A DNA stretch of 64,000 nt from Paragordius varius (taxonomy: Eukaryota; Animalia; Nematomorpha): the NCBI GenBank assembly GCA_964247055.1, contig OZ176050.1, positions 7,068,001-7,132,000 of the forward strand, in the 5' to 3' direction. The number at the start of each line of letters is the position of its first letter. Positions within the stretch are counted from its first letter, which is position 1. The translations under genes and the position numbers were made by a program. The notes beneath the pieces are model-generated. The model was not told where the DNA came from. It did not search any database and was given only the letters and a program-made list of their open reading frames with translations. Of the stretch, positions 12,191 through 24,598 are shown piece by piece.

Positions 12191-12552
12191 ATATTCATGG
12201 TGTCAAATTTATAACTACTATAATTGGTAGTTGTCAAGGGCGGCCATTATCCGCGATCCTGTGTTGCTGCTTCACCCTTTTCTTGCTTACGAACCTATAA
12301 AGTTGCTATGAGTTATAATATATCATAATATGACTTAAGGTAAACATTTTAAACAAACGTTCTCTACCACTAAACTATATCCCCATATTCATGGTGTCAA
12401 GTTTATAATTACTATAATTTGTAGTTATCAAGGGCGGCCATTATCTGCGATCCTATGTCGCTTCTCACCCTTTTCTTGCTTACCAACCTATAAATTTGGA
12501 ATAAGTTTTAATAAATTATTATGACTTAAGGTTAACATTATAAACAAACGTT
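12168..12552. repeat. Tandem duplication with a 194-bp period, covering the tRNA 5' end and its upstream flank
   Basis: 12168-12361 and 12362-12552 align. Copy 2 carries only a degenerate tRNA 5' fragment (12362-12384). Confidence 0.9.
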
Positions 12553-13161
12553 ATGAGTGAAAATTAGATCGAGCGCAAAAATCGTAATTGGTGACTTAGG
12601 GGGAGGGCCGAACACGAGGGTTGATTTATAAAATAGATTATATTCATAATAACATGTTATCTTTTGTGAATATGGTACTTGAGCTGAAAATATTATTTAA
12701 GCCATTTATGGGGACTTTTATTTTTTTTGCAATAGCTGGGACAACTGACAAGACTAAACTGAATAATTGAAAAAAGTGGCTTAACTAGATTCTTTAAACC
12801 GTAATCATGTGGAATTAAAACCCGCTCAAATTTAGCAGGAATCTGTTTCGGTTCCACTTCCTCAGGGATTCCAAAATTACAAACCACCGCGGTAGCATTT
12901 TTAATTTCTTATGAAACAGCCCGGTTCCTGTTCCACGTCCTAAATTAATGGTTCCCATATGATTTTATTATTAAAAATTAAATTTATTGTTTATTATCTA
13001 AAGTTATTGCGCGGTAACATTTTTTCTGGTTTCCCATTAAATGGAATGACCATAGTTTTTACCCGTGTTGTTTAGATAGTTTTTTAAAAATTAATTACAT
13101 TTTTTCCTCATATCCGACTGAAATGAAATATCATGTTGCTAATTTTTATGAATATCTAGCC

Positions 13162-16100
13162 CAGTGGTACTCACCAAAAAAATTTGACGGGCCAAATAAA
13201 ATATATTTTTTTTTCGCGGGCCATGAACCTTATAATGGCAAATATTCCATAGCTATTTGACACATATGTACATATTTTTACTCTAAATCAGCACAATGAA
13301 TTTTTTGCGGATCGCATGTAAATCCAGCTAAAAAATTTTTTGGCACCATATAGTTTAAAAAATTATAATATTTTGATAACAACATTTACTATGATATTAA
13401 CCAATAATATGAAGAATTTGGTTTCGCCTCATGACAGGCCAATCTTAATACGTCGTTCATTTGATCATCGGTTAAGCGATTTCTGTATGTATTCTTGACT
13501 ACTTCATTTTTGAATATGTCGTCTCACACGAGTAAGTTGAGGGAAAAACATTTAGGATAACTTCACCACATTTTCCTATAATTTCATATTGATTTGGCAC
13601 ATCTTGCCAAAACTCTACATATCTTTCTTCTCTGTTCTCCTTGAATATAGCCTCCTTGGAATCATTTTTAAAATCTACGAATTCTTCTATGATATGGGCC
13701 TAAAACCACAATCAAGTTGATTAATATTGGATATATCCATATGCCATGGATTTTCAACAAGTTTTAAGCAATTTTTAATATTTCCTAATTCTTGAATTAT
13801 TAAATTAAATTCAGCAATAAATTCCATATTTTCTTCAAAAATCTTGTTTATATATATTATTAATTTTTCTTCAAAAGCAAATATTTGATTAGCAAATTGG
13901 GTTATTATTTTCCCATGAAGATTTGTATTAAAAATACGTTTATAAATATTGTCGCAAAGGTAGGCTATAAAACCACCATTTGTCACCTAATTTCCTCGTC
14001 AAACTTTCTGTTATTTTATAAATAATAGAACATGTCTTAAAACAAAAAATCTTTTTAATACTTTGCCAAGATTTAGCTACCTCACAGCGGTGTGCAAAAT
14101 ATCATCAAACTCAGTGTGGATATCTTTCAGAAGGTTTTCGAAATCACGGCGGTATTCTCTGCCACGGTTGTGGTTAACTATATCCATCCATACTGAATTG
14201 AATTATTCATCTTTTAGACCAAAAACCAAGTTTAACAGATGAATAAAGCAGTCAAAGGATAAAATATTTTGCAAATTATATTTGTTTTTAAAAAGAGAAA
14301 TAAATCTTTTGTTTATTACTATCATAGAGAGACATTAACCTATGCAGATCAAAACCAATTTTTTTATGGATATACCATTATTATCGAAAAAATTGTAATA
14401 TTTATTTTGAGAAAATTCCTTCCTTTCCTGATTGTTAATTGGTTATAACCTTAAGTTATATTATTATTATTATTTATTATATAATTTATATGACATTGTA
14501 TGTACAAATGGTATTCTAATTATAGTTGCCAACTTTATAACCTTAAGTTAAATTATTATACGACATTGTATTTAATAAGCAATCTAATGACTATTATATA
14601 TATGGATATTTTATATGACATTGTATTTGATACAAATAGTATTCTAATTTATTATTGTGATTTATCCTTGCTAAAAAATATAAATAAATACACCTGTACC
14701 ACCACTAAGCAATCAGTTAATAAATGTACTAAATTTGAGTTAATAGTTTATATGTCGTTTCTATTTTAAACACCTTAGTGATATTATTCATTGGTAAATA
14801 TTTTAAATATTCTTCGTTGATTATGTTGTCGTTGTAAAATCTCACGAAGAGCGCACTTTGAGGTGTTAAACTGATATCAGTGCTATAATTAATAGCAATA
14901 ATAAAATATTTTCAGTATTTTCGAGCCAATAATGTATTGTTAAAAATATATTTAGACATATCTTCAATGCGTCGCAAATGTTGAATCAGAAAGTTGAAGT
15001 TTTGCCTCATGATTTGATCTTTATTATGGAATTTATCAAATAAAAAAGTGCAACCATTTAATGGACATTCTTTTATTAGTTGGGAATCAGTAAACAGTTT
15101 CATATTTTTTCCTAAAATATAGTAAATTTCATAGAAGTTAATGTTACAGCTTTTTCCTGCGGGAAAGCAAACTTTCTGGTATAATTTATAATCTTTTTAT
15201 ATTTTTCGTTTCATCTCTCATGTTCTGGAATTAATGAGAATGAGGATTGTAGCATGTCTTTCAATATTGTATTTTTTTATAATTATATTAACATATAAGG
15301 CAGGTGACAATATTTTTATTAAAAACGACAAAGATTTTTTTTCCCATTCTTTTTTAAAGGAGCGATTTTCATCAGATGATTTACGTTTTATTAGATATCC
15401 TTCAAATTTATGTTTAATATGTAATAATATAATTTAAATTATGCTATAAAAAACAGGTCGAAATTTAATAATGTTGATTTGCAAAATATTTTATGGGAAT
15501 GAGTTATAAAAAATGATGCAGGAAGCAATGAAAAGAATATGTATATGCAAATTTGGGTGAAAGGCTTCCTTAAATACAAAAAAGGTATGCAATAAGAATT
15601 TCAAAATAGTAAAATAGAATACAAAAACAACGCGTAACAAAACTTTGTAATCATTTTACTGTAGGGAAATTTTTAATTGGGTAAAAAATAAAAATACCAT
15701 ATCCAAAAATAAATTAATATTAAAATAAGCGGAAATTAGTTTATGTGTATTTAAAAAATCATCGATAAAAAAATAATTTGTATCAATATGGTCATAGGGC
15801 AATTTTAACTCTTAGGGCCGCGGTTTGATACCTCTGAAATAACCTTAACACTTAAAGAGAACCACTGACCTAATTTCGTAGATTTTTCTATTTATGGATT
15901 AAGAACATTTACTTTATTATTAATGAAATAAACTTCTGGTAAAAAGCCATTGGAGTCTCATAGCTCAGGAGGAAGACCATAAATTTATTTATGTTGGGCC
16001 TTCTTATAATATTATTTGTAAAAATTATAAATTTCTTTTATATCATTTTACAATACCTAAAACCATAGCATCCATAATCATTAACCCATTATGTATATAA

Positions 16101-16409
16101 ATGGTACTTAAACCGTCGTCCAAGGGCCACATGAGACCCTTAAACTGGTTTCTAACCACAGATTTTGCAAAAATATTATAATTTTAACATGTAAGGTTAC
16201 ATCGGCACATATTGCATCTCACAACATTATTTTATATTGAATTTAGTGCTAATTAGATAAAACAAGGATCGCCATATTATATGGTGTCACACTCCATTTA
16301 ACATATTATATAAGGTTTAACAGCCAAGTATTTGTTATTAATATACATTGTGGCTTGTACTATAAAATATTTCAAAGGGACCCGCAAATTGATTTGGTAA
16401 GAACCACTG
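13162..16409 (-). mobile_element. Decayed hAT transposon of the Buster/SPIN type
   Basis: Ends CAGTGGTACTCACC (13162) and CAGTGGTTCTTACC (reverse complement at 16409), with similar subterminal sequence and a transposase relic inside. The flanks do not form a matching TSD. Confidence 0.55.
13400..15110 (-). pseudogene. hAT transposase pseudogene (GTF2IRD2/SPIN/ZBED5-like)
   Basis: Motifs in the expected order: FTDSQLIKEC..LFDKFHNK..RRIEDMS; TDISLTPQSALFVRF; LHTAVR*LNLGKVLKRFF; AYLCD..NLHGK..FEEKL; FPSTYSCETTYSKMK. Multiple stops and frameshifts. Confidence 0.85.
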
Positions 16410-17262
16410 CTATATATATACATACATAATTATATCTTCTCCAGACCTAAAAAAGGTATCCGTAGAACGAAACTTTACGTTAAATTTTTATTTTAGGATC
16501 TGAGAACGTGACTATCAATACGACCACTTTGCTTAACCCTTATTTTATATGATTATATTTTTAAAGCCAACATTAATTGAAATCTTGTTCCCCGCTTTTG
16601 ATGAAATGACAAGGTATTATGCCAAAGTTTTGGTTGTTTTTTCGTATTTGTAAACCTCAAAATAACAGCTCTTCTTAAAATATTAAAAACCGATTATCAC
16701 TCAAAATATAAATAGGTATTAATAAATCAGGCCATTTTATAGAATTTAATTAATTGTATACGGTATGATCCGTGTTTTACTGATGATATACATTTCAAAT
16801 TTATAAAAAAATAATTGTTTAAAATTATTTTAAATTTAACCATTAACATTTAATTACATAAAAACTAGGTAGAAGATTTTTGGATGAATAAATACATCCT
16901 TATACTATTAGTAAATAAAATTTTGTGTCAAAGAAAATATGACATGAATTTTATAATCCAATTACATAATTACTAATTTAATCTGCGCTAATTTTTAAAT
17001 ATTAAAAAGCGTTTTTTGATCAAACATAATATGTTAATTACAATGTCGGAAAATTCATAATTTTTATCCAAACGTTGTCAAGAAGTTATAAATAATTAAA
17101 TCAACTTAGTACCTTAAAAACATTAAACTTAATTATATTTTTTGGTATCACTGTTAAATAGAACCATATTCTTAATTTGTGTCCTCATTTCTAATTTATT
17201 TTTAGTTTATTTTAATTTATTTCACTCGTTTTTCAGTTTTTTTCTTTTTGTTTTTTTATTAA

Positions 17263-20200
17263 ATGGCTAACAAATTAGTTCAAAATCATTCTATCACAAC
17301 AAATATTTGCAGTAATCTACTTTCTGACAAGAAGCACATTTTGTGTGAAGCTCGAGTTGAAACAATATTTTTGTTAAAAAATTCTACAAATCGGATAGAA
17401 ACCAATTCTAATGGTAGCAGCAGTAGTAATTACAGTAATAATGATGACAAAAGCAGAGTTAAAAATAAAAAAAGTCTCAAAAATGTTTGGAAGAATTTGA
17501 TTTACAATCATTCCAAAAATTGTAAACAAGCCCACCAAATAGCTGAACCTTCCTTGCCAAACGAAATAACTAAAACCGTATTAAAGGATGAATGTTTCAA
17601 AGAAATTTATCGATTTTATAAAAATGAACAGATTCCAAAGGTATTATATTAATCATACATTAAATAGATGCAAAATATTAGAAAAAGAATTATGATTATA
17701 AAAATAGATTCTAAGATATTTTGGGTCGTAAGATAGCCTTTTAGGAGATATTTAATTTAGATTGCAATCCCATGTTATATGTAAAAAATGAGACTAAAAT
17801 TTAAGGATAATAAAATATCTGCTATTTTAACAATTATTATTATATAATTTAAATGTATGTGCGATCAACTAAAATTTTTTCAGCATATGTCTCCATTAAA
17901 TTTTATCACACGCCTTACAATAACACTATCGCTAAATGGCATATTAGATTTGTATTGATCGTTAAGGATATTTTACCATTTTAATTATGATCCCCAGTAA
18001 GTCCATTCAAAAAAATCATTATTTTTAAATAATCTCGCAAAATATTCAACAAAATAACGGACCAATAACGTAAAATTAACAATTTTAGGAAATTATGTTA
18101 AATTAAGAAATATAAAACTATTATAACATAAAATAAATATTCAAAATTTAATTACTTTTGTATTATTTCGTTATATATATATAACACACCAATCTTTTTT
18201 ATATTTTATAAAATATACTGCATAATCAGCTGTTTTTTAAAACGGTAGCAGTGACAGTTTTTTCTAATCAAAATTTATAAATCACCTAATTAATATAGGG
18301 GTTAATGTTTAAAATATTGGAATATACCAGCCATTTTTAAAATGATGACTAAATAATTCTTTTTTTTAGGTTTTTCATTTGGATGGGTATATCAAATGCA
18401 AGTTTTTTTCTATAATATTTAATCCTGTTAAATATATGGTTTCGTATAAATGATACCCTTATTATTACTTGAAAAAGATTGGTAATTTTAACGAATTCAA
18501 TTTGATTCGTTCGTTTATATCAATATGCAAGATATCATATCCTTTTTACAGCAAAGAGTGGAATTCGCTTTTGCCAAAACGTCGTTTTGCATTCACGAAC
18601 CCATAAGATTTTGGTGCAGGTTTGAAGGAGCTAAGGAATCAAGCATATGTGACCGGATAGCCTTAATTGCTAAAAAAAATTGTCGAACTTCCTCCCATAC
18701 AATATTTTGCACAGAAGTTAAAAAATACTCCAAACACATAAATAACGAATTGTTTGATCAATACATAAAAATCCAAGTTCAGTTGGTAAGTTATTTCTTA
18801 TCTAACTTGAGATTAAAATATAATATATTTTATATAACAATATATTAGCACAATTCTTACCTGGATTTACCATTAGCTTTTCAAATTTTTCATTAAATTA
18901 TCCTCTAAAATTATAAATTATTCAACTTTCTTAATTCATTGGCACATTTTTACAAATCATATTCAAGTTATAAATTACCTGTATTATTTTATTTAATTAA
19001 CATAAAATAATAGATCAAAATAAATAATTATGCCAATATAAATAATGTTAATATAATTATGACAAAATAGCCCAGAATAATGTTAAAGTCGGTTTAAAAG
19101 ATTTAAGGGAAAAATTAAATGTTAAATGCGAATTGACGTTTCAAGAGTATGTAATAATAAAAAATTTATTTATGTTTTAAAATATCATTAAGGTAAAACA
19201 ATTAATTATTTTATATTTTAATAGAATTCTATGATCAGTGGTCCTTTATCAAATGCTTCCCATTATCATTTCGCCTACATTGATACAAACAATGAAATGC
19301 TTGGAACGTCTCCAAAAATCACATTTTATGGTTTCCCAAATTTGACACCTAAGCAAAATACCTATAAGAAAACTAAAGGTAACTTAAACATTATAATTAA
19401 TGCCAATGATTAATTAGTAAGTAATTCTTATAACTGAAAGATGGAATATCGATTTAATAAACCCGACAGACAAGGCTTTTGTTTCATTTGTGTAACCAAA
19501 AATTATAAAATAGGACTTTATTTATTTAATTGGGTTTAACAACCAATTACTATTAAATACGGATCTTTGGCATGAGTTGCATTTGTATATACAAAATCGA
19601 TTCTCACTAATTCCTCTTAACTCTACAGATTTTAGTGATTGGCTAGAACCTTGTGTTATTCCATCCCTATTCTCCGAGCCCATACCAAATACGCTAAATA
19701 ATAGGATAATTCAAGACATACATATTAACAAAAATAATAATAATAATAATAAAGTAAAAGAATTTAAGCGTCACAGTAAAAGCTTAGCTAGAAAACATCG
19801 GCATAAAACTCAACGACAAAATTTTAAACGCACGGCACCATCACCAGTAAAGGACAAAAATAATGACATTAATACTCCCCAAACCGTTGAAAAAGTAGTA
19901 TACTTTACCTTTGCTGAAATTTAAATTTCATAGATTTTTTAAAAAATAAGAATGAGTTGTAAAATTAAAAGTAAATAAAATCATTATAAAAAACTTGACA
20001 TTATTTAGCGGTTGTATTTTAAACATCAAAATTGATCTCAATAATAACAAAAAAAGCATTAATGATTAGTAAACATATTAACGGATTACCAATATGATAA
20101 GTAACAAATATAACCCATTATACAGCATCTCCTACTTTTTCATACAATGTCAGATGACATCATTGAAAGTAGAGGGCAATTATTGTTGGCTGAAACGATA

Positions 20201-21003
20201 GTTAATGAAAAACTTTAAATCCATTTTAACTAATACTATATTTTTTCGTTCATATTATTGTAAATAACCAAATATTTTAGTTATGCCGGACGTTACTTTT
20301 TTAATGCATAATTTTCATCAATCATAGAATACCCAGCCCCTTATGGAATTGGTGCCTTGGGAACTTTTTAATTCCAAACAGGTTTGTCGCATAATATCAT
20401 GCTTCCCAAATATTAATAAGATGCTTTCATACCACAAAAATAATTCTTAGTATAAACAATCATCTGCATTTTCAACATGTAGCCATAAGATAAAATAATG
20501 TGATAAATTTAAGCCCAGTATTATTTTAAAATATTGATTCCTAAAACGTTATTTAGGTATATAGCAACAATTTGAAACACGCTGCACCCACAATAAATCC
20601 AGTTGTCGAAATGTCCGGAGAAAATACCCAAATGACAAAATCTATGCCCAGGGAAAATAAGGCCCTGCAAAATCAACCAAAAGCAAAGGCCAAAAAGCGA
20701 TTACCAATTGACATGGTTAGGAAAATAAAATCAGACACTCACATTAGGAATAAACGATTAAAATTAAACCAAGATGAATTGAAGGATCTATTAGTTGCGG
20801 GAAAAAATTTTGATTTAGACCTGCCAAAAATGTCTGTGGAAACTACGGTCACAATGCCCAAAAATCGCAAAGAATATTTGGATCAAATGCTTAAACTTAT
20901 TAAAGAAAATAAGCAATTGATGTGGAATTTAATATGCTTAAAGGCAAATTACGATACTCTATACAAAGATATGTGTTACATTAAGCGACGTTTGGTATGT
21001 TAA
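17263..21003 (+). CDS. SKICH-like domain protein with a C-terminal coiled coil, ~492 aa; exons 17263-17640, 18552-18785, 19225-19378, 19629-19894, 20557-21003
   Basis: Five ORFs join through phase-consistent GT/AG sites. RVEF..DRIALI..YHFAYIDTNNEMLGTSPKITF resembles the SKICH domain of TAX1BP1/CALCOCO2. The final exon has a heptad-like pattern. Extra exons between 19895 and 20556 are not excluded. Confidence 0.55.
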
Positions 21004-21127
21004 AACAATACTTAGCTAACCTATAAATTTACTTAAACATACAATAAAGAATTTAAAAATGGTCGTTTTCAACGTCTTCTATATAAGGGTTGGGTCTGAC
21101 CCGTTATGAATACGTTTGTGTACTAAT

Positions 21128-21797
21128 TAGGGTTCTGCATTTGACTGCTTTTTCAAAAAAGTCCGGTCAGACCCAGTCAGACCATGGTTATGACCACTTT
21201 TTAACTAAGTAAATACCATGCGATATTGAATTGTGAAAATAATGTTCGAACGACAATTGCGTTCACTAATAATGTCATGTTTTTTCTTAAAAGTTTATAT
21301 TATACATTTTTTTAAAATTTATTATTTACAAAAATTTTCAATTAAAATCAATCAAGAATTTTGTTTTCAAATAAATTTTGCCACATGCTTGTGGCCTTCT
21401 GAATCTTCAAAAATATAGCTTTTAATACTGAATATTTCAAATAAATTTAACTAGTTTGTTATACACTCTCTTTATCCACTTATATTTTAATTTTATTGGT
21501 TTATATGGAATAATTGGATATTTTGCAAAGTGCCTGATTGTTTTGTTTTTCGAAATGACTGGATATGCTTAAATAAAATTTTATAAGTATGTATGTTTAA
21601 CAATTTCATATAGTTAAATAAGCATATTTATATATTTAATTTGTATTTTTTTAAAAATATAACAAAAAACAATATAATCTTACTATCTTTCTTCCAAAAA
21701 AAATTTACCGGTAATTTTTCAAAAAACAGCTGTTTTTTTAAATGACCATGGTCATAAAAGTCAATGACCGGGTCATGACTTGGTCAGCACAACCCCA
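21128..21797. mobile_element. Degenerate hAT-like MITE with TAGGG-type ends
   Basis: Ends TAGGGTTCTGCA and TGGGGTTGTGCTG (reverse complement), clustered TGACC/GGTCA subterminal motifs, and a 5/8 TSD match (GTACTAAT vs GTATTTAG). Confidence 0.4.
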
Positions 21798-22220
21798 GTA
21801 TTTAGTAGCTTTTAAAAATGAAGGGATAAAATAAACGTATGTTTATCATGTGATATAAAAAGAATTTCATTATAATTTTTGTCAATCCATATCAAAATAT
21901 TATCAACACTAAATGATTTCGATTAGCTACTCTCTTTTGTTAATATATGCTTCTTCAAGCGATTAAACCGGTTATTATTTTTCTCCTGAAAAACCCAACA
22001 CTAGATAAATTCTCTTTAAATAAGTTTTAATCTGGTATATAATCAATACATAAATCTACATCCACTTTTTTCAATAAAAACTGAAAAAAATAAAGTTTAT
22101 TTTAGTTTTCCTATGTTTTTCATAAAATAGCATAATTTGTCCATAATTTTATTATTTAAAAATACATTGGATATGTATCAGTATTATTTAGTGACCCCTT
22201 TAAATCTCAATATCAATCGG

Positions 22221-22790
22221 ATGTGAACGTTTCAATTTTACAATAAAATTGAAATTTTACGGACAAAACGTATAATTATAAAGACAAAAATGTTTTTCAA
22301 AAGACAACCATACTTTTTCAAATCTTAATTCAGAGGCGTAGCTAGAGAGGGAAGGGATGATACACCGGGCGCCAAAATTGAACGGGTGCCAGATTTCAGA
22401 AATTTTATTTCAAAAAATAGGTATTTAAAAATTAATATATAAATAATACATTAAAAAGCACCCATTTATGGGTAATGACCACGGGTTAAATTTGATTATT
22501 TTTTTAATATGCAAGGTATTGCATGGAAGGGGGCGCCATCAAAGATTCATGCACCGAGCGCCATAATTGCAAGATCTCTGCTTTGATTTCTCCTATAAAA
22601 ATCATTTAATTATAATTGTAAAACATAATTAATTGTGTTACTATTATAATCTCTATACTTTGTAGATTATAACAATCAGTTATATCTAAAAAATCAAAAA
22701 AGTGTAGTTGGCTTTTCAAAATTATTGTCTTTATACGTTTTGTCCGTATAGTTTTAATTTTTACTGTAGCAAGAAACATTTCATCAGGCC
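22221..22790. mobile_element. MITE or foldback element with ~100-bp TIRs, containing a nested hAT-like MITE (22331-22580)
   Basis: 22221-22320 is the inverted repeat of ~22697-22790 (shared TACGGACAAAACGTATAA). The inner element starts CAGAGGCGTAGCTAG and has GGCGCC motifs. Confidence 0.6.
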
Positions 22791-23017
22791 ATTCATAATA
22801 CCTTTGTTTTTAGGCTGAATGAACCTCTTTTACTTTAATTATAGTTAATATGGAATTTAATCAGGCAATAAAATTAGATAGTATATTTACTTTTTTACCT
22901 ATATTTATTATAAATTTAAAAGTTTTTGTGAGCTAGGAAACAGAAAATATGGTAAACTATTTAAATTATTTGATTTTGAAGGCCGTCAACAATTAATTTT
23001 TATGATTTGGTTCAAGG

Positions 23018-23275
23018 CAGGGGTGTCTAGCACGTGGCCCCCGCCGCATGCGGCATTCCAAATTGCAGCCCGAGAGAAATTTAACCACAAATTTTTACAA
23101 AATCTAGGTGAAATAAACAAATTTTCATAACTCTTTCCAAATTTTGGCAACAATGAACTAGCAAAAACGGTTAGATTAAATAGTAGTTTTACAATCTTTG
23201 AAAACTAAAAAAATTTTCTAATTCCAATATATTTTGCAAATGCGGCTCGTGAGCCATCTGTGTCAAATACCCCTG
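23018..23275. mobile_element. hAT MITE, 258 bp
   Basis: TIR CAGGGGT(G/A)T and an 8-bp TSD GTTCAAGG/GTTTAAGG (7/8 match). Confidence 0.85.
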
Positions 23276-23632
23276 GTTTAAGGTGTTTATTTTGGCCCTT
23301 ATATTTAGCTGAATCAAATCAATCTCATCATGATCTTCTGCTTTTCGAACAAAATCTCAAATTCATTTTTCATTTAAACATTTTATAGTTTACGGATATA
23401 ACATAGATTAAAAATTGAATTTAAATGGGTTTTCCCGTTAAATTTTGTAATTTTTCAAAGCATCTAATCTTTAATTTCCTCAATATTGTGAGAATATTAT
23501 GTTGAAATATAAATAATATTCTTATTTTTTCAGAATTTTTAACCAACTAATTATCTATTATTTATATAAATATTTCTGTTATGGTTTCCAAAACAATCAA
23601 TTTTTCAATATATAAAAATGTTTTACTCATAG

Positions 23633-23876
23633 GCCAAATTCGAAAGTCCTAACGTTGTACGTCGCATGATTCAGAAAAAAATGTCAGACATGCTGCCCAA
23701 ATCAAAGAAAAGAAACATTATAGAAAAAGTAAATTTTTATATCATAATTGATTTAGGATCCGACGGATCAGATATGTTTGAAAAAAAGTGTCTCCTTAAT
23801 TATCTACGAAATGATAATGGCATGGTGCCGTTACACCCTAAGACCTATTTTGGACGTTTTGGATCACAGATACTAA
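23633..23876 (+). CDS. Putative 3' exons of a small unidentified gene, possibly with a 28-nt intron (23729-23756)
   Basis: An acceptor at 23632 opens the frame AKFESPNVVRRMIQKK. Both the spliced frame (DPTDQ...DHRY*) and the unspliced frame stay open, so the model is ambiguous. Confidence 0.3.
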
Positions 23877-24598
23877 GTAATATAAATTTTTTTATATGGC
23901 AAAAATAAACAAAAACCGCTTCTCTCTGTTTATCATTTTACATTTCTATAACACATTGAACACTCCAATTCACCTTATATATATTTCATAAATTCTTTTT
24001 TTGGCATAGTTTTCCGTTTGTTCTTTTTCTAGTTTTATTGCAAGAAAAATAATTAGGTATTTTATAATTATAAGTTACATATTATTAAAACTGGAAACGT
24101 TTAAGACTAAAAATGTGAATTCGGATCCGTAATATATCGTTTAAAACTCCTCTAATAAATCAAATATCCTAGATGTTTTAAATTTAAAAAATGAAATAAT
24201 TAAGGATGGTGAGAAAAATGATTAATAAGGAATAAAACAAAAAGTTAATCTCATATGCTACATTTTTAGGGTATTAATAATATTTGGTGAAGTAAAAACA
24301 CAGCTAAACTTTTTAATAATATAATATTATTTCTTATATCCAAGGTTTCAATCCAAAGACAAATCAATGTAAAACCGCGCCTATATTAATGCTTTCTAAT
24401 TTCATTTAGAAAATTTATTTATTTACTATATTAATAAATAACGCATAATATATTATATGTATGGATTGACTTTAATATATAATAATAGACTGTACTGGTT
24501 AGGTTAATATAATGTATATAATATGGTGGATAGTCTAACTTTTAACATTGCTATATATTCAAATGAAATAAAAAAGTTAAGAGAAAAACGTGATAAAC

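Noticed and set aside
12693-12950. GC-elevated minus-strand ORF (VCNFGIPEEVEPKQIPAKFERVL)
   Set aside because: Probably a TE relic, but no family motif could be assigned and it has an upstream stop.
14440-14660. Imperfect ~90-bp local duplication and ORF 14500-14769
   Set aside because: Low-complexity AT-rich sequence inside the hAT fossil; the ORF is compositional noise.
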